The translations under genes were made by a program, and so were the position numbers. From the NCBI GenBank assembly GCA_029237775.1, contig JAQZBR010000006.1, positions 194,159-258,158 on the forward strand: DNA of 64,000 bases, read 5' to 3'. This stretch comes from Bacteroidota bacterium. GTDB lineage: Bacteria > Bacteroidota > Bacteroidia > 2-12-FULL-35-15. The notes beneath the pieces were generated by a model that saw only the letters and a program-made list of their open reading frames with translations, had not been told where the DNA came from and did not search any database. Positions 30,364 through 38,066 of this stretch are shown here, piece after piece (position 1 is the stretch's first letter; every line of letters begins with the position of its first letter).

Positions 30364-31305
30364 ATGAAAACATTTAAAACAATAGGCATCGTGTTGATTT
30401 CGGCACTTGGCGGTATAACAGCCAATGCACAGCAAGCCCCGATGTACACTCATTACATGTATAACACACTTTCTGTAAACCCCGCATACGCAGGGAGCAG
30501 AGAAGCTCTGACTGTCACTGCCCTCCACCGTTCGCAGTGGGTTGATTTCAAAGGAGCTCCTGTTACACAAACCCTGACTCTTCATGCTCCTTTAAGAAAT
30601 GAGCATATTGGTGTCGGGCTGTCATTATCAAATGATAAAATTGGCCCCAATCACAATATTTCGGCTTTTGCAAACTTTGCGTACATAATGAAAGTTTCCG
30701 CAAAATCGAAGCTTGCCCTGGGATTGAGTGCTGGTGCCAATATCTTTCAATCAAATGTAAATTCGATTCAGTTGGAGGGACAGGAAACTGATCCTGTTTT
30801 TCAGACGAATATCAATAACCATGTGACACCTAATTTTGGTTTGGGTGCCTATTATTACAGGGAGCGGTTTTATGCGGGGATATCTGCACCAAATCTTCTT
30901 CAGAATAATTATTCAGTGATAAAGGTGGACGGAAACACTTTAATTGGTAAAGAGCAAAGACACTTTTTCCTGATTGCCGGGACTGTGATCCCTATTTCAA
31001 GCGACCTGGCTTTTAAACCGACAACACTCGTTAAAGTTACATCCGGTGCACCGGTTCAGGCTGATCTTACAGCATCTTTCGTTATCATGAAAAAACTTCT
31101 GATAGGTGCGATGTACCGCTCAGGTGATGCTTTCGGTGGACTGGTTGGTGTGGATATTACCGAACAATTTCATGTAGGTTATTCATACGATTGGTCTTAC
31201 GGATTAAAAACAGCCAAGTACAACCAGGGAAGTCATGAAATTGTATTAAGATACGATTTCATCTATCCAAGCAAGAAACAGATCCATTCACCCAGATATT
31301 TTTAA
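30364..31305 (+). CDS. PorP/SprF-family T9SS outer-membrane protein
   Basis: Signal peptide then QQAPMYTHYMYNTLSVNPAYAGSREALTVTALHRSQW (family motif). C-terminal ..HEIVLRYDFIY. It is a paralogue of the 5230..6114 gene. Confidence 0.8.
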   Translation: MKTFKTIGIVLISALGGITANAQQAPMYTHYMYNTLSVNPAYAGSREALTVTALHRSQWVDFKGAPVTQTLTLHAPLRNEHIGVGLSLSNDKIGPNHNISAFANFAYIMKVSAKSKLALGLSAGANIFQSNVNSIQLEGQETDPVFQTNINNHVTPNFGLGAYYYRERFYAGISAPNLLQNNYSVIKVDGNTLIGKEQRHFFLIAGTVIPISSDLAFKPTTLVKVTSGAPVQADLTASFVIMKKLLIGAMYRSGDAFGGLVGVDITEQFHVGYSYDWSYGLKTAKYNQGSHEIVLRYDFIYPSKKQIHSPRYF

Positions 31306-31323
31306 TACCATATAAGAAACAAA

Positions 31324-33261
31324 ATGAAGAAATTATATATACCATTAGTATTATTAACAGCGCTCTCCCTGAGTCTTAGCGCTCAGGAGAAATCACGGAA
31401 AGAACGTGAAGGTGATAAATATGCCTTTCGCTACTCTTTCGATAAAGCAATCGAATCGTATACTCATGCCAAGAATCTTAGTCCGGATGGGCAAAGAAGG
31501 CTCGCGGAAAGTTACAGTAAGATGGATCAGAATAAAGAAGCTGAAATCGTCTATGCAAAACTGATCGGTTCAGGCATCGGCCTCATTGCTGAAGATTATT
31601 ATAATTATGCAATGGTAATGAAAGCCAATGCGAAATATGATGAGGCTAATAAAACAATGGATAAATTCAGCGAGCAAAAGCCGGATGATCTGCGCGCAAA
31701 GAGTTATGCTGGTTCTAAAGCATCCTTTGCTGATTTGCTGAAAGATAATGGCAGCTTTAAAGTTGAAACCTTAAAGGTGAATACCGCTGCACAGGATTTC
31801 GGAACTTCTTTCTATAAAGACCAAATTGTATTCGCTTCCACAAGGTCAGCTGCCAAGATGGTTAAACGATCATATAACTGGAACGGTATGCCTTTCCTTA
31901 ATATGTTCGTTGCAGATAAGGATGGTACCCAGTTAAAAGATCCTAAAAGATTCGATAACAGCCTTAACGGTAAAATGCATGATGGCCCTGGCAGCTTTAG
32001 CAGAGATGCAACCTTTATGGCATACACTAAAAATCATTTTAAAGACAAAAGCAAAGATAAAGTCGTAGAGCTTCAGATTTGTTTCAGCACTTTCAGAGAC
32101 GGAAAATGGTCAGAGGAAGAGCCTTTTAATTATAATAATAATGAATATTCTGTAGGTCAGCCATTTCTGACTGAAGATGGTAATACAATGTACTTTACAA
32201 GTGATATGCCGGGCGGGTACGGAGGCAGTGACCTTTACAAAACCTCAAGAATGCCGGGTAGTGCATGGAACAAACCTGAAAATCTTGGCAATAGTATTAA
32301 CACTGAAGGGGATGAAATGTTTCCATTTGTGGAATCTGAAAAAGGTGTACTGTACTTCTCTTCCAATGGTTTATCCGGATTGGGCGGAACAGATATTTTT
32401 ACAAGTGTGATCACTAATGGTGGATATGGCTTACCTAAAAATTCGGGTAGCCCATTGAATACACAATACGATGATTTTGCATGTATCGTTGACAGCAAAA
32501 CACATAAAGGGTATTTTTCATCGAACAGGTCAGGCGGTAGCGGTGCTGACGATATTTACGGTGTTGAAGTTTTGAAGGTTGCTGATATTCAGAAGAGGAT
32601 CGAAGGCTTTGCACGAGACAGGAACTTAAAGGTTCTGGGCGGTGTATCAATAACACTTCTTGATGAATCGAATAAAGTACTGGATACAATTACTACTAAC
32701 GCGGATGGCTCATTCAGCTTCAAAGTTGCTTCGAATACCAATTATTTACTTACCGGTAAGAAAAAGAAATTCAATGACGGAAATAATGTTGCAAATACCA
32801 ATGGCAATGAAGCGGTTGTCAAAGCTGATGTCATCCTGCTCACTAAAGCGGAAGCCATTGCCTCTGAAATAAAGGAGGGAAAAGATCTCGCTGAACTTCT
32901 TGCTTTGAATACAATTTTCTTTGATTATGGAAAATCTGATATCCGTAAGGATGCGGAGCCTGATCTCGATAAGATCATTGAGATTATGAATGCGTATCCT
33001 GAAATGATTGTGGAATTTCGTTCATACACAGATTGCAGATCAACAAAAGAGTTTAATCAGTTATTATCAGAACGGAGAGCCAAAGCGTCTTCTGAATATG
33101 TAAGACAAAAGATCTCTAATCCTTCCAGGATCCATGGTAAAGGATATGGAGAACCTAAGCTCGCAAGTTTATGCCCTTGTGAAGGGCCTGTGCTTTCTGA
33201 ATGTTTAGAAGGTGAACACCAGAAGAACCGGAAAACAGAATTTATTATCGTTAAAAAATAA
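31324..33261 (+). CDS. PorE-like OmpA-family protein (TPR + PD40 propeller + CRD-like + OmpA_C)
   Basis: PD40 repeats (FTSDMPGGYGGSDLYKT.., FSSNGLSGLGGTDIFTS..), a CRD-like block (IEGFARDRNLKVLGGVSITLLDESNKVLDT), and OmpA_C (IFFDYGKSDIRKDAEPDLDKI...RSYTDCRS...SERRAKA). Confidence 0.7.
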   Translation: MKKLYIPLVLLTALSLSLSAQEKSRKEREGDKYAFRYSFDKAIESYTHAKNLSPDGQRRLAESYSKMDQNKEAEIVYAKLIGSGIGLIAEDYYNYAMVMKANAKYDEANKTMDKFSEQKPDDLRAKSYAGSKASFADLLKDNGSFKVETLKVNTAAQDFGTSFYKDQIVFASTRSAAKMVKRSYNWNGMPFLNMFVADKDGTQLKDPKRFDNSLNGKMHDGPGSFSRDATFMAYTKNHFKDKSKDKVVELQICFSTFRDGKWSEEEPFNYNNNEYSVGQPFLTEDGNTMYFTSDMPGGYGGSDLYKTSRMPGSAWNKPENLGNSINTEGDEMFPFVESEKGVLYFSSNGLSGLGGTDIFTSVITNGGYGLPKNSGSPLNTQYDDFACIVDSKTHKGYFSSNRSGGSGADDIYGVEVLKVADIQKRIEGFARDRNLKVLGGVSITLLDESNKVLDTITTNADGSFSFKVASNTNYLLTGKKKKFNDGNNVANTNGNEAVVKADVILLTKAEAIASEIKEGKDLAELLALNTIFFDYGKSDIRKDAEPDLDKIIEIMNAYPEMIVEFRSYTDCRSTKEFNQLLSERRAKASSEYVRQKISNPSRIHGKGYGEPKLASLCPCEGPVLSECLEGEHQKNRKTEFIIVKK

Positions 33262-33282
33262 AAATTCAATTTGAAATCAGAG

Positions 33283-33317
33283 CACCATCCCCAACAGGAT
33301 GGTGTTTTTGTTTTTAC
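33283..33317 (+). terminator. Rho-independent terminator
   Basis: caccatcc-ccaaca-ggatggtg followed by tttttgttttt. Confidence 0.55.
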
Positions 33318-33341
33318 GTTTCCCTGATTGTTTTCCCTTTG

Positions 33342-33406
33342 TGTGAATTATATAACTCTTCTCTGAATTGTATAACATTTACAGGTGATAAAAGACTCAC
33401 TTTTGT
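33342..33406 (+). promoter_or_regulatory. Copy E of the conserved upstream element (degenerate: TATATAAC/TATAAC variants)
   Basis: tTGTGAATtATATAACtc...tTGTATAACat...tcacTTTTGtatc, ~40 nt before ATG 33448. Confidence 0.35.
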
Positions 33407-33447
33407 ATCAGATTATAAACTGCCGGAAGGCTATAAATACAAAAAAC

Positions 33448-34053
33448 ATGAAATCAATAAGACTTATCATCGCATCTATTACCTTGCTTCTGGCAGGTTC
33501 ACTTCAAGCTCAGGTATCTGTTAACGTTAACATAGGATCGCCTCCGCAGTGGGGTCCGGCCGGGTACACTGATGTAAGATATTATTATTTGCCTGATGTG
33601 GAAGCATACTACGATGTCCAGTCGTCAATGTTCATCTATTTCGGTAATGGGATATGGATACACGAAAGATATCTTCCCGGTCCTTATCGCAATTATGATC
33701 TGTACGGAGGTTACAAAGTAGTAATGACAGATTACAGAGGCGACAGGCCATATGTGTATTTCGATGAATACAAAGTGAAATACAAAAAGGGATACAGAGG
33801 TAAGCCGCAAAAAAACATTGGACATAATCCCGGCAAAGGGAATTCTAATTCAGGTCACGGCCAGAAACATACTTCGAACCAGCAGCCGGGTAATAACGGC
33901 TCATCACATAAGGCAAACAATACTAAGCCTGCTAATAATCAACACCAGGAGAATCGTAAAGCAAGTCCTCAGCAAAATGGAGGGGGAGGCAATGATAAAT
34001 CTCACACCGGAGGAAAGCAAGGGGGCCATGGTGGCGGAGGTAAGAAAAAGTAG
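33448..34053 (+). CDS. Secreted protein with a ~110-aa Tyr/Pro-rich globular region and a Gly/His/Asn/Gln/Lys-rich disordered (hydrophilin- or dehydrin-like) tail
   Basis: Signal peptide MKSIRLIIASITLLLAGSLQAQ. C-terminal ~90 aa read ..GHNPGKGNSNSGHGQKHTSNQQPGNNGSSHKANNTKPANNQHQENRKASPQQNGGGGNDKSHTGGKQGGHGGGGKKK. Start moved to the internal ATG 33448 because the conserved promoter element lies inside the longer ORF-track call. Confidence 0.5.
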   Translation: MKSIRLIIASITLLLAGSLQAQVSVNVNIGSPPQWGPAGYTDVRYYYLPDVEAYYDVQSSMFIYFGNGIWIHERYLPGPYRNYDLYGGYKVVMTDYRGDRPYVYFDEYKVKYKKGYRGKPQKNIGHNPGKGNSNSGHGQKHTSNQQPGNNGSSHKANNTKPANNQHQENRKASPQQNGGGGNDKSHTGGKQGGHGGGGKKK

Positions 34054-34078
34054 CAGCGAAGGTGAATAAGAGTGAGTG

Positions 34079-34144
34079 TGTGAATCATGTAACATATTCA
34101 ATAAGTTCTGTAACACATCTGCATTCACGATAGTTCACCTTTGT
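34079..34144 (+). promoter_or_regulatory. Copy F of the conserved upstream element
   Basis: TGTGAATcATGTAACat...ttcTGTAACac...caccTTTGtcaa, ~40 nt before ATG 34184. Confidence 0.4.
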
Positions 34145-34183
34145 CAAAGTTAAATATTAAATCAGAATTTAAATTTTATAAAA

Positions 34184-34405
34184 ATGGAAGACAATACAAA
34201 AATCAAAGTTGATTGGGATGAAACAAAAGAGAAATTGAAGATGCAATTCAATAATCTGTCCTGTAATGACCTGCAGCAATTAGTTAACAAACAGGATGCG
34301 ATACTAGACAAGATCCAGCTAAAGATTGAAAAAACAAAAGAAGAGATCCAAAAACTTATTTCGGGGGATAGCTTTCCTGACATTATCATCAAGCCGATCA
34401 TTTAA
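34184..34405 (+). CDS. Small hydrophilic CsbD-like general-stress-type protein (hypothetical)
   Basis: 73 aa, highly charged, KVDWDETKEKLKMQFNNLSCNDLQ resembles the CsbD-family N-terminus (WDxxKGxxKQ..L.DDDL). Weak call. Confidence 0.35.
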   Translation: MEDNTKIKVDWDETKEKLKMQFNNLSCNDLQQLVNKQDAILDKIQLKIEKTKEEIQKLISGDSFPDIIIKPII

Positions 34406-34445
34406 AAACATTTAGAAACTTATAAACTTCAAAAAACTTAGAAAA

Positions 34446-35096
34446 ATGAAAAATAAATCCATAATTACCGCATTGTTCCTGTCTTGTGCAGCTATTGTAA
34501 ATGCACAGGAAAGTTCAAATGAAACCGATAACAGAGAAAAGCTGCAATTCGGAATAAAGGCAGGACTAAACTATTCAAATGTATATGATGAGAACAGTGA
34601 AGACTTCCGGGCTGATGCCAAATTTGGTGCTGCTGCCGGTGTTTCCCTCGCTATACCTTTCGGAAAATATCTTGGTTTGCAGCCTGAAGCTTTATTCTCT
34701 CAAAAAGGATTCAAGGGAAGCGGAATGATGCTTGGAAATGAATACAGTTTTACCCGCACCACGACTTATATTGATTTTCCTTTACAGTTAGCCTTTAAGC
34801 CGAGCGAGTTCTTTACTTTATTCGCAGGACCTCAGTATTCTTATCTGCTAAGTCAGCGCGATGTTTTTACGAATACATCTACCAGCTTTATACAGGAGAA
34901 TGAATTTAAGAATGATAACATCCGTAAAAACGTATTCGGTGCGGTAGGAGGATTGGATATCAATCTTAAGCATATCACATTGGGTGCAAGAGTAGGCTGT
35001 GATCTTCAAAACAATAATGGTGACGGAACATCCAGTACACCGCGTTATAAAAACGTATGGTTCCAGGGAACAGTAGGTTATGCTTTTTATAAATAA
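34446..35096 (+). CDS. Outer-membrane beta-barrel protein (OmpW/OmpA-like small barrel family)
   Basis: Signal peptide ..AAIVNAQ, alternating amphipathic strands, and a C-terminal ..WFQGTVGYAFYK aromatic terminus. Confidence 0.6.
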   Translation: MKNKSIITALFLSCAAIVNAQESSNETDNREKLQFGIKAGLNYSNVYDENSEDFRADAKFGAAAGVSLAIPFGKYLGLQPEALFSQKGFKGSGMMLGNEYSFTRTTTYIDFPLQLAFKPSEFFTLFAGPQYSYLLSQRDVFTNTSTSFIQENEFKNDNIRKNVFGAVGGLDINLKHITLGARVGCDLQNNNGDGTSSTPRYKNVWFQGTVGYAFYK

Positions 35097-35137
35097 CATA
35101 AAACATAAAACATAAACATAACATAAACACAAAAACA
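35095..35137. repeat. Short tandem repeat (CATAAAA/CATAAA)x~5
   Basis: aacataaaacataaaacataaacataacataaacacaaaaacac in the 44-bp gap between the two barrel genes. Confidence 0.5.
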
Positions 35138-35140
35138 CTT

Positions 35141-35719
35141 ATGAAAACAATATTTCTTTTAATTATACTATCCATTTCACTTTCCGCTGCAGTGAATGCT
35201 CAGGACAGACCCGCTCCTGAAAAGTATGGCAAAACCCTTAACCTTGGTGCGGGTGTTGGATATTACGGATATGTTGGGCATCCTTTACCAGTAGTGTCTA
35301 TGAACTTCGAATTTGACATAGCAAGAAATTTTACCCTTGCACCATTCATCGGAGCTTACACTTACAGGAACAGGTATTATTGGGGTAACCCGGGACAGCC
35401 TAAATATGACCCTTCATACAGATATTATTCATACCGCGTCACTGCGGTACCGGTCGGAATAAAAGGGACCTATTATTTTGATCAACTTTTTCATGCAAAT
35501 GAAAAATGGGATTTTTATGCAGCAGGCTCAGTAGGCTTTGTATTCAGGAGCGTTGTCTGGGATAACGATTACTATGGTGACAGGCATGTAAATCAAACCG
35601 CGAGTCCCTTATACCTGGATGCCCACGCAGGAGCTGAGTATCACTTCAGTACTAAAGCAGGCGTATTTCTTGACCTTTCTACAGGAGTGTCGACAATAGG
35701 AATTGCAATTCACTTTTAA
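35141..35719 (+). CDS. Outer-membrane beta-barrel protein (small porin-like)
   Basis: Signal peptide ..AAVNAQ, Tyr/Gly-rich strands, C-terminal ..IGIAIHF. Confidence 0.55.
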   Translation: MKTIFLLIILSISLSAAVNAQDRPAPEKYGKTLNLGAGVGYYGYVGHPLPVVSMNFEFDIARNFTLAPFIGAYTYRNRYYWGNPGQPKYDPSYRYYSYRVTAVPVGIKGTYYFDQLFHANEKWDFYAAGSVGFVFRSVVWDNDYYGDRHVNQTASPLYLDAHAGAEYHFSTKAGVFLDLSTGVSTIGIAIHF

Positions 35720-35732
35720 CATTAAACAAACT

Positions 35733-35924
35733 ATGAAAAAATTTAGAATCATTGCTGCTTTTGCATGCAGTATAATATTAATTGGATATTCATCCTGCCT
35801 GGTCGTAGTACCACATGGATCAAACAGTGGTAGTAAAAAAGGCTGGAACAAGAATTCAAATAACCCACATCATCCGAATACTACTAATCCGGGTCACACA
35901 AAACAAAAAAATAAGAATAAATAA
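35733..35924 (+). CDS. Small secreted/lipoprotein-like hypothetical protein with a basic Asn/His/Lys-rich tail
   Basis: MKKFRIIAAFACSIILIGYSSC... followed by GSNSGSKKGWNKNSNNPHHPNTTNPGHTKQKNKNK. Confidence 0.3.
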   Translation: MKKFRIIAAFACSIILIGYSSCLVVVPHGSNSGSKKGWNKNSNNPHHPNTTNPGHTKQKNKNK

Positions 35925-35947
35925 ACACAAAAAAACAACATACAAAA

Positions 35948-36100
35948 ATGGGAAACTTACTTTACACGATCGCAGTTATTCTTGTTGTTATCTGGGCCAT
36001 TGGGTACCTCGGATTTCAGACTGGCGGAATCATTCACATCCTGCTTGTAATTGCTGTCATTGCTGTGCTTTTTAGAGTAATAAGAGGCAATAGATTATAA
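35948..36100 (+). CDS. lmo0937-family small membrane protein (50 aa), absent from the ORF track
   Basis: Codon-by-codon translation gives MGNLLYTIAVILVVIWAIGYLGFQTGGIIHILLVIAVIAVLFRVIRGNRL*: two TM helices around a GGxIH motif and an RG(R/N) tail, as in the lmo0937/NF033488-type ~50-aa family. Confidence 0.55.
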   Translation: MGNLLYTIAVILVVIWAIGYLGFQTGGIIHILLVIAVIAVLFRVIRGNRL

Positions 36101-36159
36101 TTTAATTTATTAAAAAAGGATGTGTGACAGATACTGTTGCGCATCCTTTGTTTTTTCAC

Positions 36160-37320
36160 ATGAGCTTAAAACTATTTGTTATTTTAATTTCTCTGGTAGT
36201 AAATTTATCGGCCGCTCTTTACGGACAGGAGAACCCAGGGTCTGGTAAATCACCTTCCCGGGTAAGTGAAATTCCTCACCGAACCCCACGTGAATTATGG
36301 ATGTGGCCACACCGTGGGTTTGCCATGATCAGTACTCGTGAGCGAAAGATCAACTACGATACTGCTTATATTAAATCGTTCTATAAAAGGATTGTAATCA
36401 CAGTACCGGTGTCTACGCGTTTTTTAAAATTCACTCTCTCGGATCAGAAGACGGGAAATAAGTTAACCTTCGTGCCGAACCTTCAATATAATCTCGGCTT
36501 ATGTGTGAGCTCAAGATGGGCAAGTTTTATTTTGAATTCGGGAGTCAAGGTGCTTACAGGAGATTCAGTTAAAAAGGGAAAGACAACCTATCGTGATTAT
36601 CAGCTTCATCTGTATGGAAGGAAAATCAATACAGATTTGTTTGTACAGCAGTATAAAGGGTTTTATATCAGAAACTCTCAAACTTACTCTGCATACACAG
36701 GCGATAAGCCATACTCGGTCCGATCTGACGTTAAAGCTTTGAATATCGGTGCCAGCTCAGTATATGTAGTTAATCACAGAAGATTTTCTTACGGTAATGC
36801 ATTCGCCTTTGTTGAACAGCAGAAAAAAAGTGCAGGCTCACTCCTAATAGGAGTATATTATACCTATTTCGCTGCAAGCGGAGATCAATCAATGGTACAA
36901 CAACCTTTCAGGAACAGCTTTGATACCCTCTCCATAATTAAAAAAGGATATTCTCATAATGCAGGGTTGAATATCGGTTATATATATACAAGAGTGTTTT
37001 TTAAAAAATGGTACGCGACTGCATGTGTGACGCAAGGGGTAGGTGGTGAGAGCTCGGTTTATACAAGAGACGATAACACTCGTTATTCCCAGTTCTCCGC
37101 AGGTGCCGGAAAGTTAAGTGCTAGCTTCACATTCCGATATGACAATACCCGTTATTTCATAGGAACCATGGGTATGTTTGATGCCTTTCTTTTCAGAGGA
37201 AAAGTGAATTCGACATTTGATTATAGTTTTGGTAAGCTTATGATGTATGCAGGATATAGGTTCTCAGTTCTTAAAGCTGAAAAGAGGATATTGAGGAAGC
37301 TGAAGCTGATCGATTATTGA
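36160..37320 (+). CDS. Hypothetical secreted protein, possibly a beta-barrel OMP
   Basis: Signal peptide MSLKLFVILISLVVNLSAALYGQ, rich in Tyr/Gly/Ser alternations. The ORF-track start 36124 is a GTG, so the ATG at 36160 was preferred. Confidence 0.45.
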   Translation: MSLKLFVILISLVVNLSAALYGQENPGSGKSPSRVSEIPHRTPRELWMWPHRGFAMISTRERKINYDTAYIKSFYKRIVITVPVSTRFLKFTLSDQKTGNKLTFVPNLQYNLGLCVSSRWASFILNSGVKVLTGDSVKKGKTTYRDYQLHLYGRKINTDLFVQQYKGFYIRNSQTYSAYTGDKPYSVRSDVKALNIGASSVYVVNHRRFSYGNAFAFVEQQKKSAGSLLIGVYYTYFAASGDQSMVQQPFRNSFDTLSIIKKGYSHNAGLNIGYIYTRVFFKKWYATACVTQGVGGESSVYTRDDNTRYSQFSAGAGKLSASFTFRYDNTRYFIGTMGMFDAFLFRGKVNSTFDYSFGKLMMYAGYRFSVLKAEKRILRKLKLIDY

Positions 37321-37333
37321 ATCCGGATTAACC

Positions 37334-37385
37334 TGTGAATCATGTAAGAAATTTGCAGGATGCTGTAACAGGATACCTCCTTTGT
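37334..37385 (+). promoter_or_regulatory. Copy G of the conserved upstream element (short-spacer variant)
   Basis: TGTGAATcATGTAAGaa...tgcTGTAACagg...ctccTTTGttatc, ~45 nt before ATG 37429. Confidence 0.4.
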
Positions 37386-37428
37386 TATCTCATATTTGCA
37401 GAACATAATCAATATAAAAACAGCTATC

Positions 37429-37707
37429 ATGAGCAAGGAAAAGATATTATTTGGTGTATTGGCGGGAGCCGCTGCAGGAATGTTATTGGGGGTGCTGTTT
37501 GCGCCTGACAAAGGTTCAGAAACCAGAAAGAAGATCACGAAAAAAGGCCTGGATACGGCAGAAGATATTAAAGAAAAGATCGAAGATCTGCTTGAGAGCT
37601 TTTCAGAAACGTTAGAAACAGTGAAGCAGGATGCCTCGGCTCTCTATTCCGAAAAGAAAAGCTCCGCAGAAGATATTAATAGCAATCTAAACAAATCCGT
37701 CAACTAA
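37429..37707 (+). CDS. YtxH-domain protein (LEA-like general stress protein family)
   Basis: MSKEKILFGVLAGAAAGMLLGVLFAPDKGSETRKKITKKG: a glycine-zipper TM helix + APxKGxETR + charged helical tail, the YtxH signature. Start at the internal ATG. Confidence 0.6.
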   Translation: MSKEKILFGVLAGAAAGMLLGVLFAPDKGSETRKKITKKGLDTAEDIKEKIEDLLESFSETLETVKQDASALYSEKKSSAEDINSNLNKSVN

Positions 37708-38066
37708 TGCAGGATCAAAAGAATCAAATAGAGATCCTTGCTGAAAATGCTGAAATGTATGCGAAGACAAGCATCGATCTTCTAAAGCTGCAGGCTGTTG
37801 AAAAGACAGCTCTGGTAGGTTCTGCGGCTGTATCCCGCGGAGTCGTTATATTGATGATTTCCATGTTTATAATAATTGTAAACATTGCAGTCGGACTTTG
37901 GCTTGGCGACATTCTTGGAAAACTATACTATGGTTTCTTTTGTGTTGCAGGGTTTTATGGGCTTTTTGCATTTGTCATCTATTTCTTCTTCCATAACAGG
38001 ATCAAGGAGCGGGTGAGCAATTCTATTATTTCACAATTGCTTAACTGGTTTCCATGCATAAAATAA
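37707..38066 (+). CDS. Holin-X-like (putative holin superfamily III-type) small membrane protein
   Basis: 119 aa with an amphipathic N-terminal helix and two TM helices (VVILMISMFIIIVNIAVGLWLG / FFCVAGFYGLFAFVIYFFF). Its start overlaps the YtxH stop (TAATG). Confidence 0.45.
   Translation: MQDQKNQIEILAENAEMYAKTSIDLLKLQAVEKTALVGSAAVSRGVVILMISMFIIIVNIAVGLWLGDILGKLYYGFFCVAGFYGLFAFVIYFFFHNRIKERVSNSIISQLLNWFPCIK

Noticed and set aside
33385-33447. Upstream extension of the hydrophilin-like gene (ORF-track start 33385) and the overlapping ORF 33339..33524
   Set aside because: The extension lies within the conserved promoter element. The signal peptide begins at the internal ATG 33448.
18644-37385. 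Interpreting the TGTGA-containing shared element as canonical CRP/FNR sites
   Set aside because: No TCACA partner lies at N6 spacing (the CRP site is TGTGA-N6-TCACA) and no TTGAT-N4-ATCAA (FNR) is present. The conserved parts are direct, not inverted, repeats.
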